Shown here piece by piece: positions 26,208-35,778 of a stretch of 64,000 nt of DNA (positions are counted from its first letter, which is position 1; the number at the start of each line of letters is the position of its first letter). This DNA is from an uncultured Curtobacterium sp. (GTDB lineage Bacteria > Actinomycetota > Actinomycetes > Actinomycetales > Microbacteriaceae). The notes below the pieces were generated by a model. The model was not told the origin of the DNA. It saw nothing but the letters and a program-made list of their open reading frames with translations, and did no database searches. A program made the translations under genes and the position numbers. Where the stretch lies: positions 51,830 to 115,829 of the forward strand of contig CAJYUW010000046.1 of assembly GCA_913778205.1 (NCBI GenBank), written 5' to 3'.

Positions 26208-29172
26208 CCGCGTGGTTTCGCTCGACCGTCGCACGCGCTTCGCGCTCTGGATCCGCCGACCCGGCAGCTGGGTCGAGATCGTCGCGTGGGCCGGGCTCGT
26301 CGCCTTCGTGGTGCTCACCATCGGGCCGGCGCTCGTCGGCCACGGCACCTTCCTGAACACCGGCCTGCTCTCCCGCAACACCCCGTGGAACGAGGCGCTG
26401 CGCACCACGGCCAACTCGACGAACATCCTCAACAGCGACACCATCGACACCGTCGCTCCGCAGACCTCCCTCCTCGTCCGCCTGGCCCACGAGGGCGTCT
26501 TCGGCGCCTGGAACCCCTACGTCGCGGGCGGCGCGGAGCTCGGCGGCATCCCGGACTCCGGTGCCTGGTCCCCGCTGTCGCTGCCGTGGTGGATCCTCCC
26601 GCTGTCGTACGCGCCCGGCGCCGTCAAGCTCCTCGAGATCGTCGCCGTCACGGTCGGCATGTCGCTGCTCCTCCGCCGCTGGGGCGTCCCGCGCGCCGGC
26701 TGGCCGATCGCCTCCCTGGTGTACGCCTCGTGCGGCTTCATGGTCGCGTGGTCGAACTGGCCGCAGACGCGCGTCGCGGCGTTCATCCCGCTCCTCCTGT
26801 GGGCGGTCGACCGCGCCGCGGTCGAGCTGCGCGCGCGCGACGTCATCACGGTCGCGCTGCCCCTCGCGGCGATGCTGCTCGGGGGCTTCCCGGCCATCGT
26901 CGGCTACGGCCTGTTCATCGGCGGCCTGTTCTTCGTCGCCCGCACGATCGTCGCGCACCGCCGGGTCGTGCCGGTCCTCGTCAGCGCGGGGATCGCCGTC
27001 GGCGGCATCGTCCTCGGCATCGTCCTGTCCGCGTGGCAGCTCGTCCCGTTCGCGGTGAACGCCGCGAACCTCGTCGACTTCAGCGGACGCGGCCAGAGCG
27101 GACCGAACGGCCTCGGGACACCGCCGCTCGTGAGCGCGTGGGTGCCGGACATCTCGTTCATCCAGAGCACCGGCGCCGCGTGGGGCATCCGCAACCCGGT
27201 CGAGGAGTACTCCTACGTCGGCATCGCCGCCGTCGTGCTCGTCGCGGCCGCCGTCCTCATCCGACCCGCCGTCGCGGCCCGCCTGCCGCTCGCCGCGCAC
27301 CGCGACCGCCCGGGGGCCGAGCCGGTGGCGGTCATCCCCGGGGGCGTCGACCCGGTGGAGGCCGGGCGCGCCGCGCTCGTCCGACGCCGGCAGCACGGGG
27401 TCGTCCCGATCGTCGCCGCGATCCTCGCCCTCTGCGTCGTCATCGTCTACATCGGCGGCCCGGTCCTCTCCGCGACGCGGGAGCTCCCGGTCTTCGACAC
27501 CAACCCCATCGGTCGTGCCCGCATCATGGTGCTCGTCCTCGCCGCCGTGCTGGCCGGGGTCGGCTTCGGTCGCCTCGTCGAGCCCGAGCACATCCGCGAC
27601 GAACTCGTCCGGTTCCGGGCCGCGACGCCGCTGCGCCGCACCGGTCGGGTGCTCGCGGTCGCCGTCGTGCTGCTCCTCGCGGTGGGCGTCGGCCTGCAGA
27701 CCTCGTCCGCCATCACGAAGGTCACCGAGCAGTACGTGCACCGCACCAAGCTCGAGGTCCTCCTGGTCGGCGTCATCGGCCTCGCCACGGTCGTCCTCGT
27801 CGTCGCGGTCTGGCTGCTCCGGTCGCGGATCGTCGCGGTCGTGGGCGGCGTCGGCGTCGCCGTGCTCGTCGCCGTGCCCGCGGTCGTCGTGACGCAGCCC
27901 TGGTGGCCGATCGCCCCGACCTCGACGTTCTACCCGACCACCCCGGCGATCGACTACCTGCGCGAGCACGTCTCCGACCAGGACCGCTACGCGACCACCG
28001 GCAGCGCGATGCTCCCGGGGACGTCGTCGTACTACGAGATCCGGGAGACGACCGGGCACGCGTTCCAGACGTCGCAGTGGAAGACGCTCATGCGCGCGGT
28101 CGACCCCGACACCTACCCGACCGCGACGTACCTGACGTTCGACCCGAACCGCATGCCGGAGCTCGGCCGTTCCGGCATCCTGGACCGCCTGAGCACGAAG
28201 TACCTCGTCGCCGACCCGTCCGCGCCGCTGGTCGGCACGGCCGAACCCGGAGCGTCGCGCACGACGTGGACGGACCTCACCGCGAAGCGTTCCTCGGTCG
28301 ACTCGGCGAGCCACACCGGCCCGGTCACCGGCATCACCTTCACCGGCCCGCCCGCGGTGACCACCGCGCCCGACGGCATGACCATGACGGTCGCCGTGGT
28401 CGAGGACGGCACCGGCAGGACGCTCGCGTCGACGCGGAGCTGGGTCCCGGCGCTCGGTGGCCCGCGGAACGTCGCGCTGCGCGGTGCCGACATCCCGGAC
28501 GGCACCAGCTGGCACGTCCGTCTGACGATCACGGGGCAGGAATCGGTCGTGCCGATCGGCACCGACGACGACGGCCGGGCGGTGATGAGCGTCGTGCGCC
28601 CGGACGCCGCCGACGACGTGACCATCGTGCACACCGGCGACGCCACGATCTACGAGCGCTCGGGCGCACTCCCCCGGGTCCGGTGGGCCTCGGGACAGGT
28701 CGTCGAGCGCACCACCACCGAGCGCGTGCGGACCCTCGCCGACCAGTCGCTCCCCGACACCACCGTCGTGCTGAGCCGTCCGACCGCCCACACCCCGGAC
28801 GCGGGCAGCACCGCGACGATCCGACTCCTGTCCGGGGACGTCGACGAGACGCGTGCGTCCGTGGACGCGACCGGTGGCGGTTGGGTCGTCGTCGCCGACT
28901 CGCTGCAGCGCCCCGGGTGGACCGCGACGGTCGACGGACGCGAGACCGACCTCGTCGCGGCGGACAGCGCCGGCGCGGCCGTGTGGGTCCCGGCCGGCGA
29001 GCACACCGTCGAGCTCCGCTACCACGTGCCCGGAGCCACCACCGGGTCCCTCCTGACCGGCGCGGGCATCGTCCTCGCGGCGCTCACCTGCGTCGTCGTC
29101 ACGGTGCTCGGCCGGCGCCGACGCTCCACAGGTCGACGACCCCGGGGCCGGCCCGGCGCGACCGCACCCTAG
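26200..29172 (+). CDS. 990-aa polytopic membrane protein, YfhO-like GT-C glycosyltransferase candidate
   Basis: GTG 26200 overlaps the stop of the GtrB-like gene. There are more than 12 predicted TM helices across ~560 aa, then a large extracytoplasmic C-terminal domain and a final TM. The pairing with a GtrB-like GT2 mirrors CsbB-YfhO. Confidence 0.6.
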   Translation: MTDRVVSLDRRTRFALWIRRPGSWVEIVAWAGLVAFVVLTIGPALVGHGTFLNTGLLSRNTPWNEALRTTANSTNILNSDTIDTVAPQTSLLVRLAHEGVFGAWNPYVAGGAELGGIPDSGAWSPLSLPWWILPLSYAPGAVKLLEIVAVTVGMSLLLRRWGVPRAGWPIASLVYASCGFMVAWSNWPQTRVAAFIPLLLWAVDRAAVELRARDVITVALPLAAMLLGGFPAIVGYGLFIGGLFFVARTIVAHRRVVPVLVSAGIAVGGIVLGIVLSAWQLVPFAVNAANLVDFSGRGQSGPNGLGTPPLVSAWVPDISFIQSTGAAWGIRNPVEEYSYVGIAAVVLVAAAVLIRPAVAARLPLAAHRDRPGAEPVAVIPGGVDPVEAGRAALVRRRQHGVVPIVAAILALCVVIVYIGGPVLSATRELPVFDTNPIGRARIMVLVLAAVLAGVGFGRLVEPEHIRDELVRFRAATPLRRTGRVLAVAVVLLLAVGVGLQTSSAITKVTEQYVHRTKLEVLLVGVIGLATVVLVVAVWLLRSRIVAVVGGVGVAVLVAVPAVVVTQPWWPIAPTSTFYPTTPAIDYLREHVSDQDRYATTGSAMLPGTSSYYEIRETTGHAFQTSQWKTLMRAVDPDTYPTATYLTFDPNRMPELGRSGILDRLSTKYLVADPSAPLVGTAEPGASRTTWTDLTAKRSSVDSASHTGPVTGITFTGPPAVTTAPDGMTMTVAVVEDGTGRTLASTRSWVPALGGPRNVALRGADIPDGTSWHVRLTITGQESVVPIGTDDDGRAVMSVVRPDAADDVTIVHTGDATIYERSGALPRVRWASGQVVERTTTERVRTLADQSLPDTTVVLSRPTAHTPDAGSTATIRLLSGDVDETRASVDATGGGWVVVADSLQRPGWTATVDGRETDLVAADSAGAAVWVPAGEHTVELRYHVPGATTGSLLTGAGIVLAALTCVVVTVLGRRRRSTGRRPRGRPGATAP

Positions 29173-29175
29173 AAT
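29170..29175 (+). promoter_or_regulatory. -10-like hexamer TAGAAT upstream of rmlB
   Basis: Overlaps the stop codon of the YfhO-like gene. AAAGGAA Shine-Dalgarno precedes GTG 29221. Confidence 0.35.
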
Positions 29176-29220
29176 CGTCTCCGATCAACCGTCACCGACT
29201 CCGCAAAGGAACCAGCACAC

Positions 29221-30207
29221 GTGAAGATCCTCGTCACCGGCGGCGCCGGCTTCATCGGCTCGAACTTCGTCCGACGCACGCTCCAGGACGCCTACCCGGG
29301 CCTCGAGGGCGCCGAGGTCGTCGTCTACGACGCCCTGACGTACTCGGGCAACCTCGAGAACCTCGCCCCGGTCGCCGACTCGCCGCGCTACTCGTTCGTG
29401 CAGGGCGACATCCGTGACGCCGCCGCGCTCGACGAGGTCGTGCCGGGTGTCGACGCGATCGTGCACTTCGCCGCCGAGTCCCACGTGGACCGGTCCGTCC
29501 GCGACTCCGGCATCTTCGTCGAGACCAACGTCGTCGGCACCCAGCGGCTGCTCGACGCCGCGCTCCGCCACGGCACCGAGCGCTTCGTGCACGTCTCCAC
29601 CGACGAGGTCTACGGCTCGATCAGCGAGGGCTCGTGGGCGGAGGACCGCCCGCTCGAGCCGAACTCGCCGTACTCGGCGTCGAAGGCCGGCAGCGACCTG
29701 CTCGCGCGCAGCTACCACCGCACGCACGGCCTGAACCTCTCGATCACGCGCTGCTCGAACAACTACGGGCCGTACCACTTCCCCGAGAAGGTCATCCCGC
29801 TGTTCGTCACGAACCTCATCGACGACCGGCACGTCCCGCTGTACGGCGAGGGCAACAACGTCCGCGACTGGCTGCACGTCGACGACCACACGCGCGGCAT
29901 CGCGCTCGTCCTCACCAAGGGCCGCGCGGGCGAGATCTACAACATCGGCGGCGGGACCGAACTGACGAACAAGGAGCTCACGCAGCTCCTGCTCGACGCC
30001 ACCGGCAAGGACTGGTCGTACGTCGACCGCGTGGCCGACCGGCTCGGTCACGACCTCCGCTACTCGGTCGACATCTCGAAGATCCAGGCGGAGCTCGGCT
30101 ACGAGCCGCTCGTGCCGTTCGAGCAGGGCCTCGCGGACGTCGTGCAGTGGTACCGCGACAACCGCTCGTGGTGGGAGCCCCTCAAGGAGCGCGCGGCCCT
30201 CGCCTGA
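29221..30207 (+). CDS. rmlB: dTDP-glucose 4,6-dehydratase
   Basis: MKILVTGGAGFIGSNFVR...HFAAESHVDRS...YSASKAGSDLL...NNYGPYHFPEKVIP is the RmlB signature. Confidence 0.95.
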   Translation: MKILVTGGAGFIGSNFVRRTLQDAYPGLEGAEVVVYDALTYSGNLENLAPVADSPRYSFVQGDIRDAAALDEVVPGVDAIVHFAAESHVDRSVRDSGIFVETNVVGTQRLLDAALRHGTERFVHVSTDEVYGSISEGSWAEDRPLEPNSPYSASKAGSDLLARSYHRTHGLNLSITRCSNNYGPYHFPEKVIPLFVTNLIDDRHVPLYGEGNNVRDWLHVDDHTRGIALVLTKGRAGEIYNIGGGTELTNKELTQLLLDATGKDWSYVDRVADRLGHDLRYSVDISKIQAELGYEPLVPFEQGLADVVQWYRDNRSWWEPLKERAALA

Positions 30208-30220
30208 GGCGCGCGACACC

Positions 30221-31072
30221 ATGACCCGCTTCCTCATCACCGGCGCCGCCGGCATGCTCGGACAGGACCTCCAGCAGGCCTTGTCCGGGCGTGACGTGAC
30301 CGCCCTCGGCCGCGCGGACCTCGACATCACCGACCCGGACGCCGTCGACGCGGCGGTCGCCGGTCACGACGTCGTCGTGAACTCGGCGGCCTGGACGAAG
30401 GTCGACGACGCCGAGACCCACGAGGACGCCGCCTACGCCGTCAACGCGACGGGGCCGCGGCTCCTCGCCGAGGCGGCGGTCCGGCACGGCGCGAAGCTCG
30501 TGACGATCTCGACCGACTACGTCTTCGACGGCCACGGCACCGCGCCCTATGCCGAGGACGCCCCGACGGACCCGATCAACGCCTACGGACGCACCAAGGC
30601 CGCCGGCGAGTCGTTCGTCCGCGAGATCGCCCCGGACTCGTCCTACGTGCTCCGCACGGCGTGGATCTACGGCGCGCACGGCCCGAACTTCGCGGCCACC
30701 ATGCTGCGGCTCGCCGCGTCGCACGACACCGTGTCGGTCGTCACCGACCAGGTCGGGCAGCCGACGTGGACGGGGGACCTCGCCGAGCGCATCATCGCGC
30801 TCGTCGACGCCGACGCCCCGGCCGGCACCTACCACGCCACGAACTCGGGCCAGGGCTCCTGGTACGACTTCACCAGGGCGATCTTCTCCGAGAACGGCCT
30901 CGACCCGGAGCGCGTGCTGCCGACCGACAGCGCGGCGTTCGTGCGTCCGGCCGCACGCCCGGCCTACAGCGTGCTCGGCCACGACGGCTGGTCCCGCGCC
31001 GGGCTCGAGCCCATGCGCGACTGGCGCGAGGCGCTGCACGCCGCGACGGCGGCCGGCGTGTTCGCAGCGTGA
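30221..31072 (+). CDS. rmlD: dTDP-4-dehydrorhamnose reductase
   Basis: MTRFLITGAAGMLGQDL...AAWTKVDDAE...STDYVFDG...YGRTKAAGE is the RmlD signature. Confidence 0.9.
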   Translation: MTRFLITGAAGMLGQDLQQALSGRDVTALGRADLDITDPDAVDAAVAGHDVVVNSAAWTKVDDAETHEDAAYAVNATGPRLLAEAAVRHGAKLVTISTDYVFDGHGTAPYAEDAPTDPINAYGRTKAAGESFVREIAPDSSYVLRTAWIYGAHGPNFAATMLRLAASHDTVSVVTDQVGQPTWTGDLAERIIALVDADAPAGTYHATNSGQGSWYDFTRAIFSENGLDPERVLPTDSAAFVRPAARPAYSVLGHDGWSRAGLEPMRDWREALHAATAAGVFAA

Positions 31073-32007
31073 GCGACTCGGTCTCCCCCGCTCCGCCGAC
31101 GCTCGTCGTCGGCGCCGGTGGCTTCCTCGGCCGCGCGGTCTCCCGTGCGACGAGCGACACCGGCGCCGACGTCGTCGCCGCCGCGGTCCCGTGGTCCGAC
31201 CCCGATGCGGCGGTGGCCGCCCTCGTCGACGCGGTCCGGTCGGTCCGTCGGGCCGAGGTCGCCTGGCGCATCCTCTGGTGCGCCGGCACGGGCGTCGTCG
31301 CGACCGGGGCGGACGTCTTCGCGGCCGAGCAGGACATCCTCGCGCGCGTGCTCGCGGCGACCGTCGACGACCCGGCAGCGCCCGGCAGCCTCTTCTTCGC
31401 ATCGTCCGCCGGTGCCGTGTACGCCGGGTGCCACGGGGCCCCGTTCTCCGAGGACACCGAACCCGCTCCCCTCGCGCCGTACGGCCGCGCGAAGCTCGTC
31501 GTGGAGCAGCAGTTCCGCGACTGGGCGACGACGACCGGCACCCGGCTGCTCATCGGCCGCATCTCGAACCTCTACGGGCCCGGCGCGAACCTCGGCAAGG
31601 CCCAGGGACTCGTCTCCCAACTCGCGCTCGCGCACCTCGAGGGTCGACCGTCGTCGATCTACGTGCCGATGTCGACGACGCGCGACTACCTCTACATCGA
31701 CGACGCCGCCGCCATGGTGCTCGACGCGCTCGACCTCGTCGACACCCACGCGCCCGGCACCGTGACGACGAAGATCCTCGCGTCCGGGCAGCCGGCGACG
31801 ATCGCCGAGGTGGTCGCGACCGTGCAGGCGGCCCTCGGCGAACCGATCGACGTCCGGGACGGCGCCGACCCGTCGGCGACGTTCCAGGGGTCCGACCTGC
31901 GCTTCCGCTCGACGGTGCTGCCCGCGGTCGACGACCGGACGTTCCTGCCGTTCGAGGCGGGCGTCGCCCGGACGGTCGACTCGCTCCGCGCCGCGCACCG
32001 CGTCTGA
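31069..32007 (+). CDS. NAD-dependent epimerase/dehydratase family protein (extended SDR), sugar-nucleotide modifying
   Basis: GTGA overlap with the rmlD stop. VVGAGGFLGRAV (GxxGxxG) and APYGRAKLV (YxxxK) are present. 312 aa. Confidence 0.7.
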   Translation: MSDSVSPAPPTLVVGAGGFLGRAVSRATSDTGADVVAAAVPWSDPDAAVAALVDAVRSVRRAEVAWRILWCAGTGVVATGADVFAAEQDILARVLAATVDDPAAPGSLFFASSAGAVYAGCHGAPFSEDTEPAPLAPYGRAKLVVEQQFRDWATTTGTRLLIGRISNLYGPGANLGKAQGLVSQLALAHLEGRPSSIYVPMSTTRDYLYIDDAAAMVLDALDLVDTHAPGTVTTKILASGQPATIAEVVATVQAALGEPIDVRDGADPSATFQGSDLRFRSTVLPAVDDRTFLPFEAGVARTVDSLRAAHRV

Positions 32008-32221
32008 CCGTCGCTCGGGTCGGCCGCCGTCGGCGCCGCCGCGTCCGTGTGCGCGCACTCCCAGTCGCGTCGACCCCGTCGGCCTCCGTGACCGGTGGTG
32101 AGCGCGCAGGGTGACCGGTGCGTACCGAGGCGGCTCCCGCCGGGAGGCCCGACCCGCGTCGTCGACGTGCACCGCGCCTCCCGGCCGGGTCGGGCGGACG
32201 ACGCCGCGCCGCGACCCGTCG

Positions 32222-33400
32222 TCAGCGCCGCGCCGCCGCGAGCAGCTCGCGGTACCGATCGCCGACTGCCTCGACGGTGTGCGCCGCCGCGGTCTGCGCG
32301 GCGGCCTGCCCGAGCCGCCGGGCGAGCTCGGGGTCGGCCAGCAGGCGGTCGACGGCCCCGGCGAGCGCCTCGGCGTCCCCGGGCGCGACGAGCAGGCCGT
32401 TCACGCCGTCCTCGATCACGTCCACGATGCCGGGCACGGCCGACGCGACGATCGCGCAGCCGGCCGACATGGCCTCGAGCAGGGCGACGGGCAGGCCGTC
32501 ACGGTCGCCGTTCGCCGCCGGGACGGACGGGTAGAGGGCGATGCTGGCCTTGGCGTACTCGGACGCGAGGTCCTCCTTGCCGCGCGCACCGAGGAACGTG
32601 ACCGCGGAGCCGGCGCGGGCCTCGAGCTGCGGACGGAGCGGGCCGTCGCCGACGACCACCACCTCGGCCGGCTGCTCCGCCGTCCGGTCGAGCGCGTCCA
32701 GGAGGACGATCGCGCCCTTCTTCTCGACGAGGCGCCCCACGAAGAGCACCCGCCCGGGCACGCGGGTCTCGCGCGCGACCGCACGGGTGATCGGGTCGAG
32801 GTCGACGCCCATCGGCACGACGTGCACCTGGTCCGTCCGCGCACCGAGCTTGCCGAGCTCGCGCGCCATGTCCGTGCTCATGCAGGTCACCGAAGCCGCA
32901 CTCGCGACCACGGAGCGCTTGACCTTCTGGAGGACCGGGTGGCGCAGCGCGTAGAGGTCGCCGCCGAGCGTGGTCACCACACGCGGCAGGTCGCCGAGCA
33001 CGAGCTTGCCGACGGCCCCCTGCGGGATGATCCAGTGCAGCAGCGCCACGTCCGGCCGGGAGCGGCGGAGCTCGCGGCGGAGCGCGGCGGCCATCGACAG
33101 GAAGAAGAACGGCACCTGGAGCCAGCGCGACTTCTTCGCGCGCAGGTTGTCGACGATCGCGCCGTCCGCCAGGTCGCGCCAACGCGCCGGGAAGTAGCCG
33201 TAGCGCCGCACCTCGACGTCGCCGATCCGCTGGTGCGCGCGGGCGCCCTTCGTCATCGGGGCGACGACCACGACGCGGTACTCGTCGGCGAGCGCCGTGG
33301 CGAGGTCGAGGACGAACCCCGGTGTGCCGTCACCGGCCTCGGCCGGGAAGGTCGACGCGGCGACGAGCAGGGTCGGACGGGCGTCGGCATCGGGTCGCAT
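32222..33400 (-). CDS. GT4 glycosyltransferase
   Basis: ATG 33400 after AAGGGAG. FVGRLVEKKG...LYPSVPAANGDRDGLPVALLEAMSAGCAIVAS...GVNGLLV is a GT4 C-terminal motif. Confidence 0.85.
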   Translation of the reverse strand: MRPDADARPTLLVAASTFPAEAGDGTPGFVLDLATALADEYRVVVVAPMTKGARAHQRIGDVEVRRYGYFPARWRDLADGAIVDNLRAKKSRWLQVPFFFLSMAAALRRELRRSRPDVALLHWIIPQGAVGKLVLGDLPRVVTTLGGDLYALRHPVLQKVKRSVVASAASVTCMSTDMARELGKLGARTDQVHVVPMGVDLDPITRAVARETRVPGRVLFVGRLVEKKGAIVLLDALDRTAEQPAEVVVVGDGPLRPQLEARAGSAVTFLGARGKEDLASEYAKASIALYPSVPAANGDRDGLPVALLEAMSAGCAIVASAVPGIVDVIEDGVNGLLVAPGDAEALAGAVDRLLADPELARRLGQAAAQTAAAHTVEAVGDRYRELLAAARR

Positions 33401-33414
33401 CCAGCGCGCTCCCT

Positions 33415-33420
33415 TAGAGT
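33415..33420 (+). promoter_or_regulatory. -10-like hexamer TAGAGT, 9 nt before ATG 33430
   Basis: This is the only AT-rich hexamer in the 29-bp divergent spacer. Possible leaderless start. Confidence 0.25.
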
Positions 33421-33429
33421 TGTCGGTCG

Positions 33430-34485
33430 ATGGACGCACACCAGCCTACGGGGTCCCCCGCAGCCGACCCGGACCGCATCGAGACCCCGACGGGCTCGGT
33501 GGACGCGGTCGTGCCGAAGCGGGGCCGTCGGGCGGTGGTCCTCACCGTCGTGAAGTGGGTCGCCGCGGTCGTCGCCGTGGCGTTCCTCGCGCGCAGCATC
33601 GCCGGTCAGTGGCCGGACATCGTGCAGGACTTCGCGAGCCTGGATGCTCCGACCGTCGTCATCGGGGTCGTCGCGACCCTCCTCGCCCTCGTCGCCAACA
33701 TGCTCTCGTGGCGGGCGATGATGGCGGCGAGCGGGTTTCGGCTGCGACTCGGCCCCGCGTCCTCGATCTTCTTCGTCGGTCAGCTCGGCAAGTACATCCC
33801 GGGCGGGGTGTGGTCGATCGCGGCGCAGGCAGAGCTCGGCCGCGCGCACGGGCTGCAGCGCACCAGCAGCGCGGTCGCGGCCCTCGCGTCGATGCTCGTC
33901 AGCATGGTGACGGCGGCGCTCGTGGGCATCGTCGCCGTCCTGCTCGGCACGCCGGACGGGCTCGCGACCTTCTGGTGGCTCATCCCCTTCGTCCTGCTCG
34001 GACTGGTCTCCCTCACGCCGCCCGTGCTCGGTCGGCTCATCCGGGTCGCGTTCCGGTTGCTGCGGCGCCCGGCGCAGGACACCTCGCTGACGTGGCCCGG
34101 GACCGTCATGTCGCTGGTGTGGTCGTTGGCGATGTGGGTCGCCTACGGCGTGCAGGCGACGGTGGTCCTCCGCGCGTTCGGCGCCGACTCCCCCGTGCTC
34201 TTCCCGGTCGCGGTCGGCGCGTACGCGGTGGCGTGGCTCGTCGGGTTCCTCGTGGTGATCGCGCCCGCCGGCATCGGTCCGCGCGAGGGGGTCCTCGTGT
34301 TGCTGCTCGGCGCCGTCGCGACCGGTGCGGGTCCGCTCGCCCTCGCGGTCGTCAGCCGCGCGTTCATGACCCTCGGCGACGTCCTGCTCGCCGGGTTCGG
34401 CGCGGTCCTCGCCGCCGGGCACCGACGCTCGACGGCCCGTGCGGCTGCGGCGGGCAGCGTCCCGGGCTCTCCCCACGCGGGCTGA
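33430..34485 (+). CDS. UPF0104 / LPG_synthase_TM-type flippase-like membrane protein
   Basis: FFVGQLGKYIPGGVWSIAAQAELG and ~8 TM helices. The start is uncertain. ATG 33430 lies 9 nt after a TAGAGT -10-like hexamer and 29 nt from the divergent GT4 start. Confidence 0.6.
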   Translation: MDAHQPTGSPAADPDRIETPTGSVDAVVPKRGRRAVVLTVVKWVAAVVAVAFLARSIAGQWPDIVQDFASLDAPTVVIGVVATLLALVANMLSWRAMMAASGFRLRLGPASSIFFVGQLGKYIPGGVWSIAAQAELGRAHGLQRTSSAVAALASMLVSMVTAALVGIVAVLLGTPDGLATFWWLIPFVLLGLVSLTPPVLGRLIRVAFRLLRRPAQDTSLTWPGTVMSLVWSLAMWVAYGVQATVVLRAFGADSPVLFPVAVGAYAVAWLVGFLVVIAPAGIGPREGVLVLLLGAVATGAGPLALAVVSRAFMTLGDVLLAGFGAVLAAGHRRSTARAAAAGSVPGSPHAG

Positions 34486-34530
34486 TATGGTCGGCATCCG
34501 ACCCGCCTGCACCACGAGGAGCTCCGCCCG

Positions 34531-35673
34531 ATGACCACCCTGCACGTCCTCGTCGACCAGGTCGTCGCACCGGTCCCGGGCGGCATCGGTCGGTACGCCG
34601 AGGAGCTCACCCGGCACCTCGTCATGACCGCGCCCGATGGGTGCGACGTCACGGCGGTCGTCTCCGCGGTGGGGTCGGACGACGTGCAGCGGCTGCGGAC
34701 CCTCCTGCCGGGGCTGTCCGGCCTGCAGCGGCTCCCGCTCCCCCGCCGCGAGCTGTCCCTCGCGTGGCAGGGCGGGATCGTCGGTGCGATCGCCAAGGAG
34801 ATGGTGCACGCGCCGAGCGTCCTCGCTCCCCTCGTGAAGCACGACCGGTTCCGCGAGCCCGGACGCCAGACGGTCGTCACGGTGCACGACACCGTGCCGT
34901 GGACGCACCCCGAGACGCTCACGCCCCGCGGCGTCCACTTCCACCGTGCGATGGTGAAGCGGGCGTGGAAGCACGCCGACGCCGTGGTGGTCCCGACGCA
35001 CGCGGTCGCCGCGGCGCTCAACGAGATCCACCGCTTCGACGACCGTCTCCGTGTGATCGGGGGCGCGCCGAGCGGTCGTCTGCAGACCCCGGTCGACGCC
35101 GACCTGCGGGCCGAACGCCTCGGCCTCCCGGAGCGGTACGTGCTCGCCGTCGGCACGCTCGAGCCCCGGAAGGGACTGCAGTACCTGATCGAGGCGATGG
35201 CCCACCCGGACGCCCCCGCCGACGTGCCGCTCGTGATCGCGGGACCGGACGGCTGGGGCGACGTCGACGTGTACAGCACCGCCGAGCACGCCGGGCTGTC
35301 CCGCGACCGCGTGAAGGTTCTCGGCCGGATCGACGACCAGGACCTGGCCGTGGCGTACGACCGCGCGTCGGTGTTCGTGTTCCCGAGCCTCGCCGAGGGG
35401 TTCGGACTGCCGGTGATCGAGGCGATGAGCTTCGGCACGCCGGTCATCCACTCCGACGACCCCGCGGTGAGCGAGGTCGCGGCCGACGCCGGGGTGACCG
35501 TCGTCCGCGATCCGCGTGACTCCTACCCCGAGCGCATCGCGCAGGCCGTCTACCAGGTGGTCAACGACCCGCTGCTCGCCGGTCACCTCGCGGTCGCGGG
35601 CCCGGACCGGGCGCGGATGTTCGACTGGAACGACTCGGCGATGGAGACCTGGCAGCTGCACGCGGACCTCTAG
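34531..35673 (+). CDS. GT4 glycosyltransferase
   Basis: VGTLEPRKGL...VFPSLAEGFGLPVIEAMSFGTPVI is a GT4 signature. 380 aa. Confidence 0.85.
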   Translation: MTTLHVLVDQVVAPVPGGIGRYAEELTRHLVMTAPDGCDVTAVVSAVGSDDVQRLRTLLPGLSGLQRLPLPRRELSLAWQGGIVGAIAKEMVHAPSVLAPLVKHDRFREPGRQTVVTVHDTVPWTHPETLTPRGVHFHRAMVKRAWKHADAVVVPTHAVAAALNEIHRFDDRLRVIGGAPSGRLQTPVDADLRAERLGLPERYVLAVGTLEPRKGLQYLIEAMAHPDAPADVPLVIAGPDGWGDVDVYSTAEHAGLSRDRVKVLGRIDDQDLAVAYDRASVFVFPSLAEGFGLPVIEAMSFGTPVIHSDDPAVSEVAADAGVTVVRDPRDSYPERIAQAVYQVVNDPLLAGHLAVAGPDRARMFDWNDSAMETWQLHADL

Positions 35674-35685
35674 GCACGGTGCCCG

Positions 35686-35770
35686 GCGCCGACCGGTCCG
35701 CGGTGCACGACCTCGACCGGTCCCCGGAGGACGGCGTCGACCGGCCCGCGCCGACCGGTCCGCGCCGGAC
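35686..35770. repeat. degenerate short direct repeats built on cgaccgg(t/c)cc
   Basis: cgccgaccggtccgcg occurs at ~35686 and ~35750, with two intervening cgaccgg(t/c)cc copies. Convergent intergenic region between GT4 and purE. Confidence 0.6.
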
Positions 35771-35778
35771 GGTCCGCG

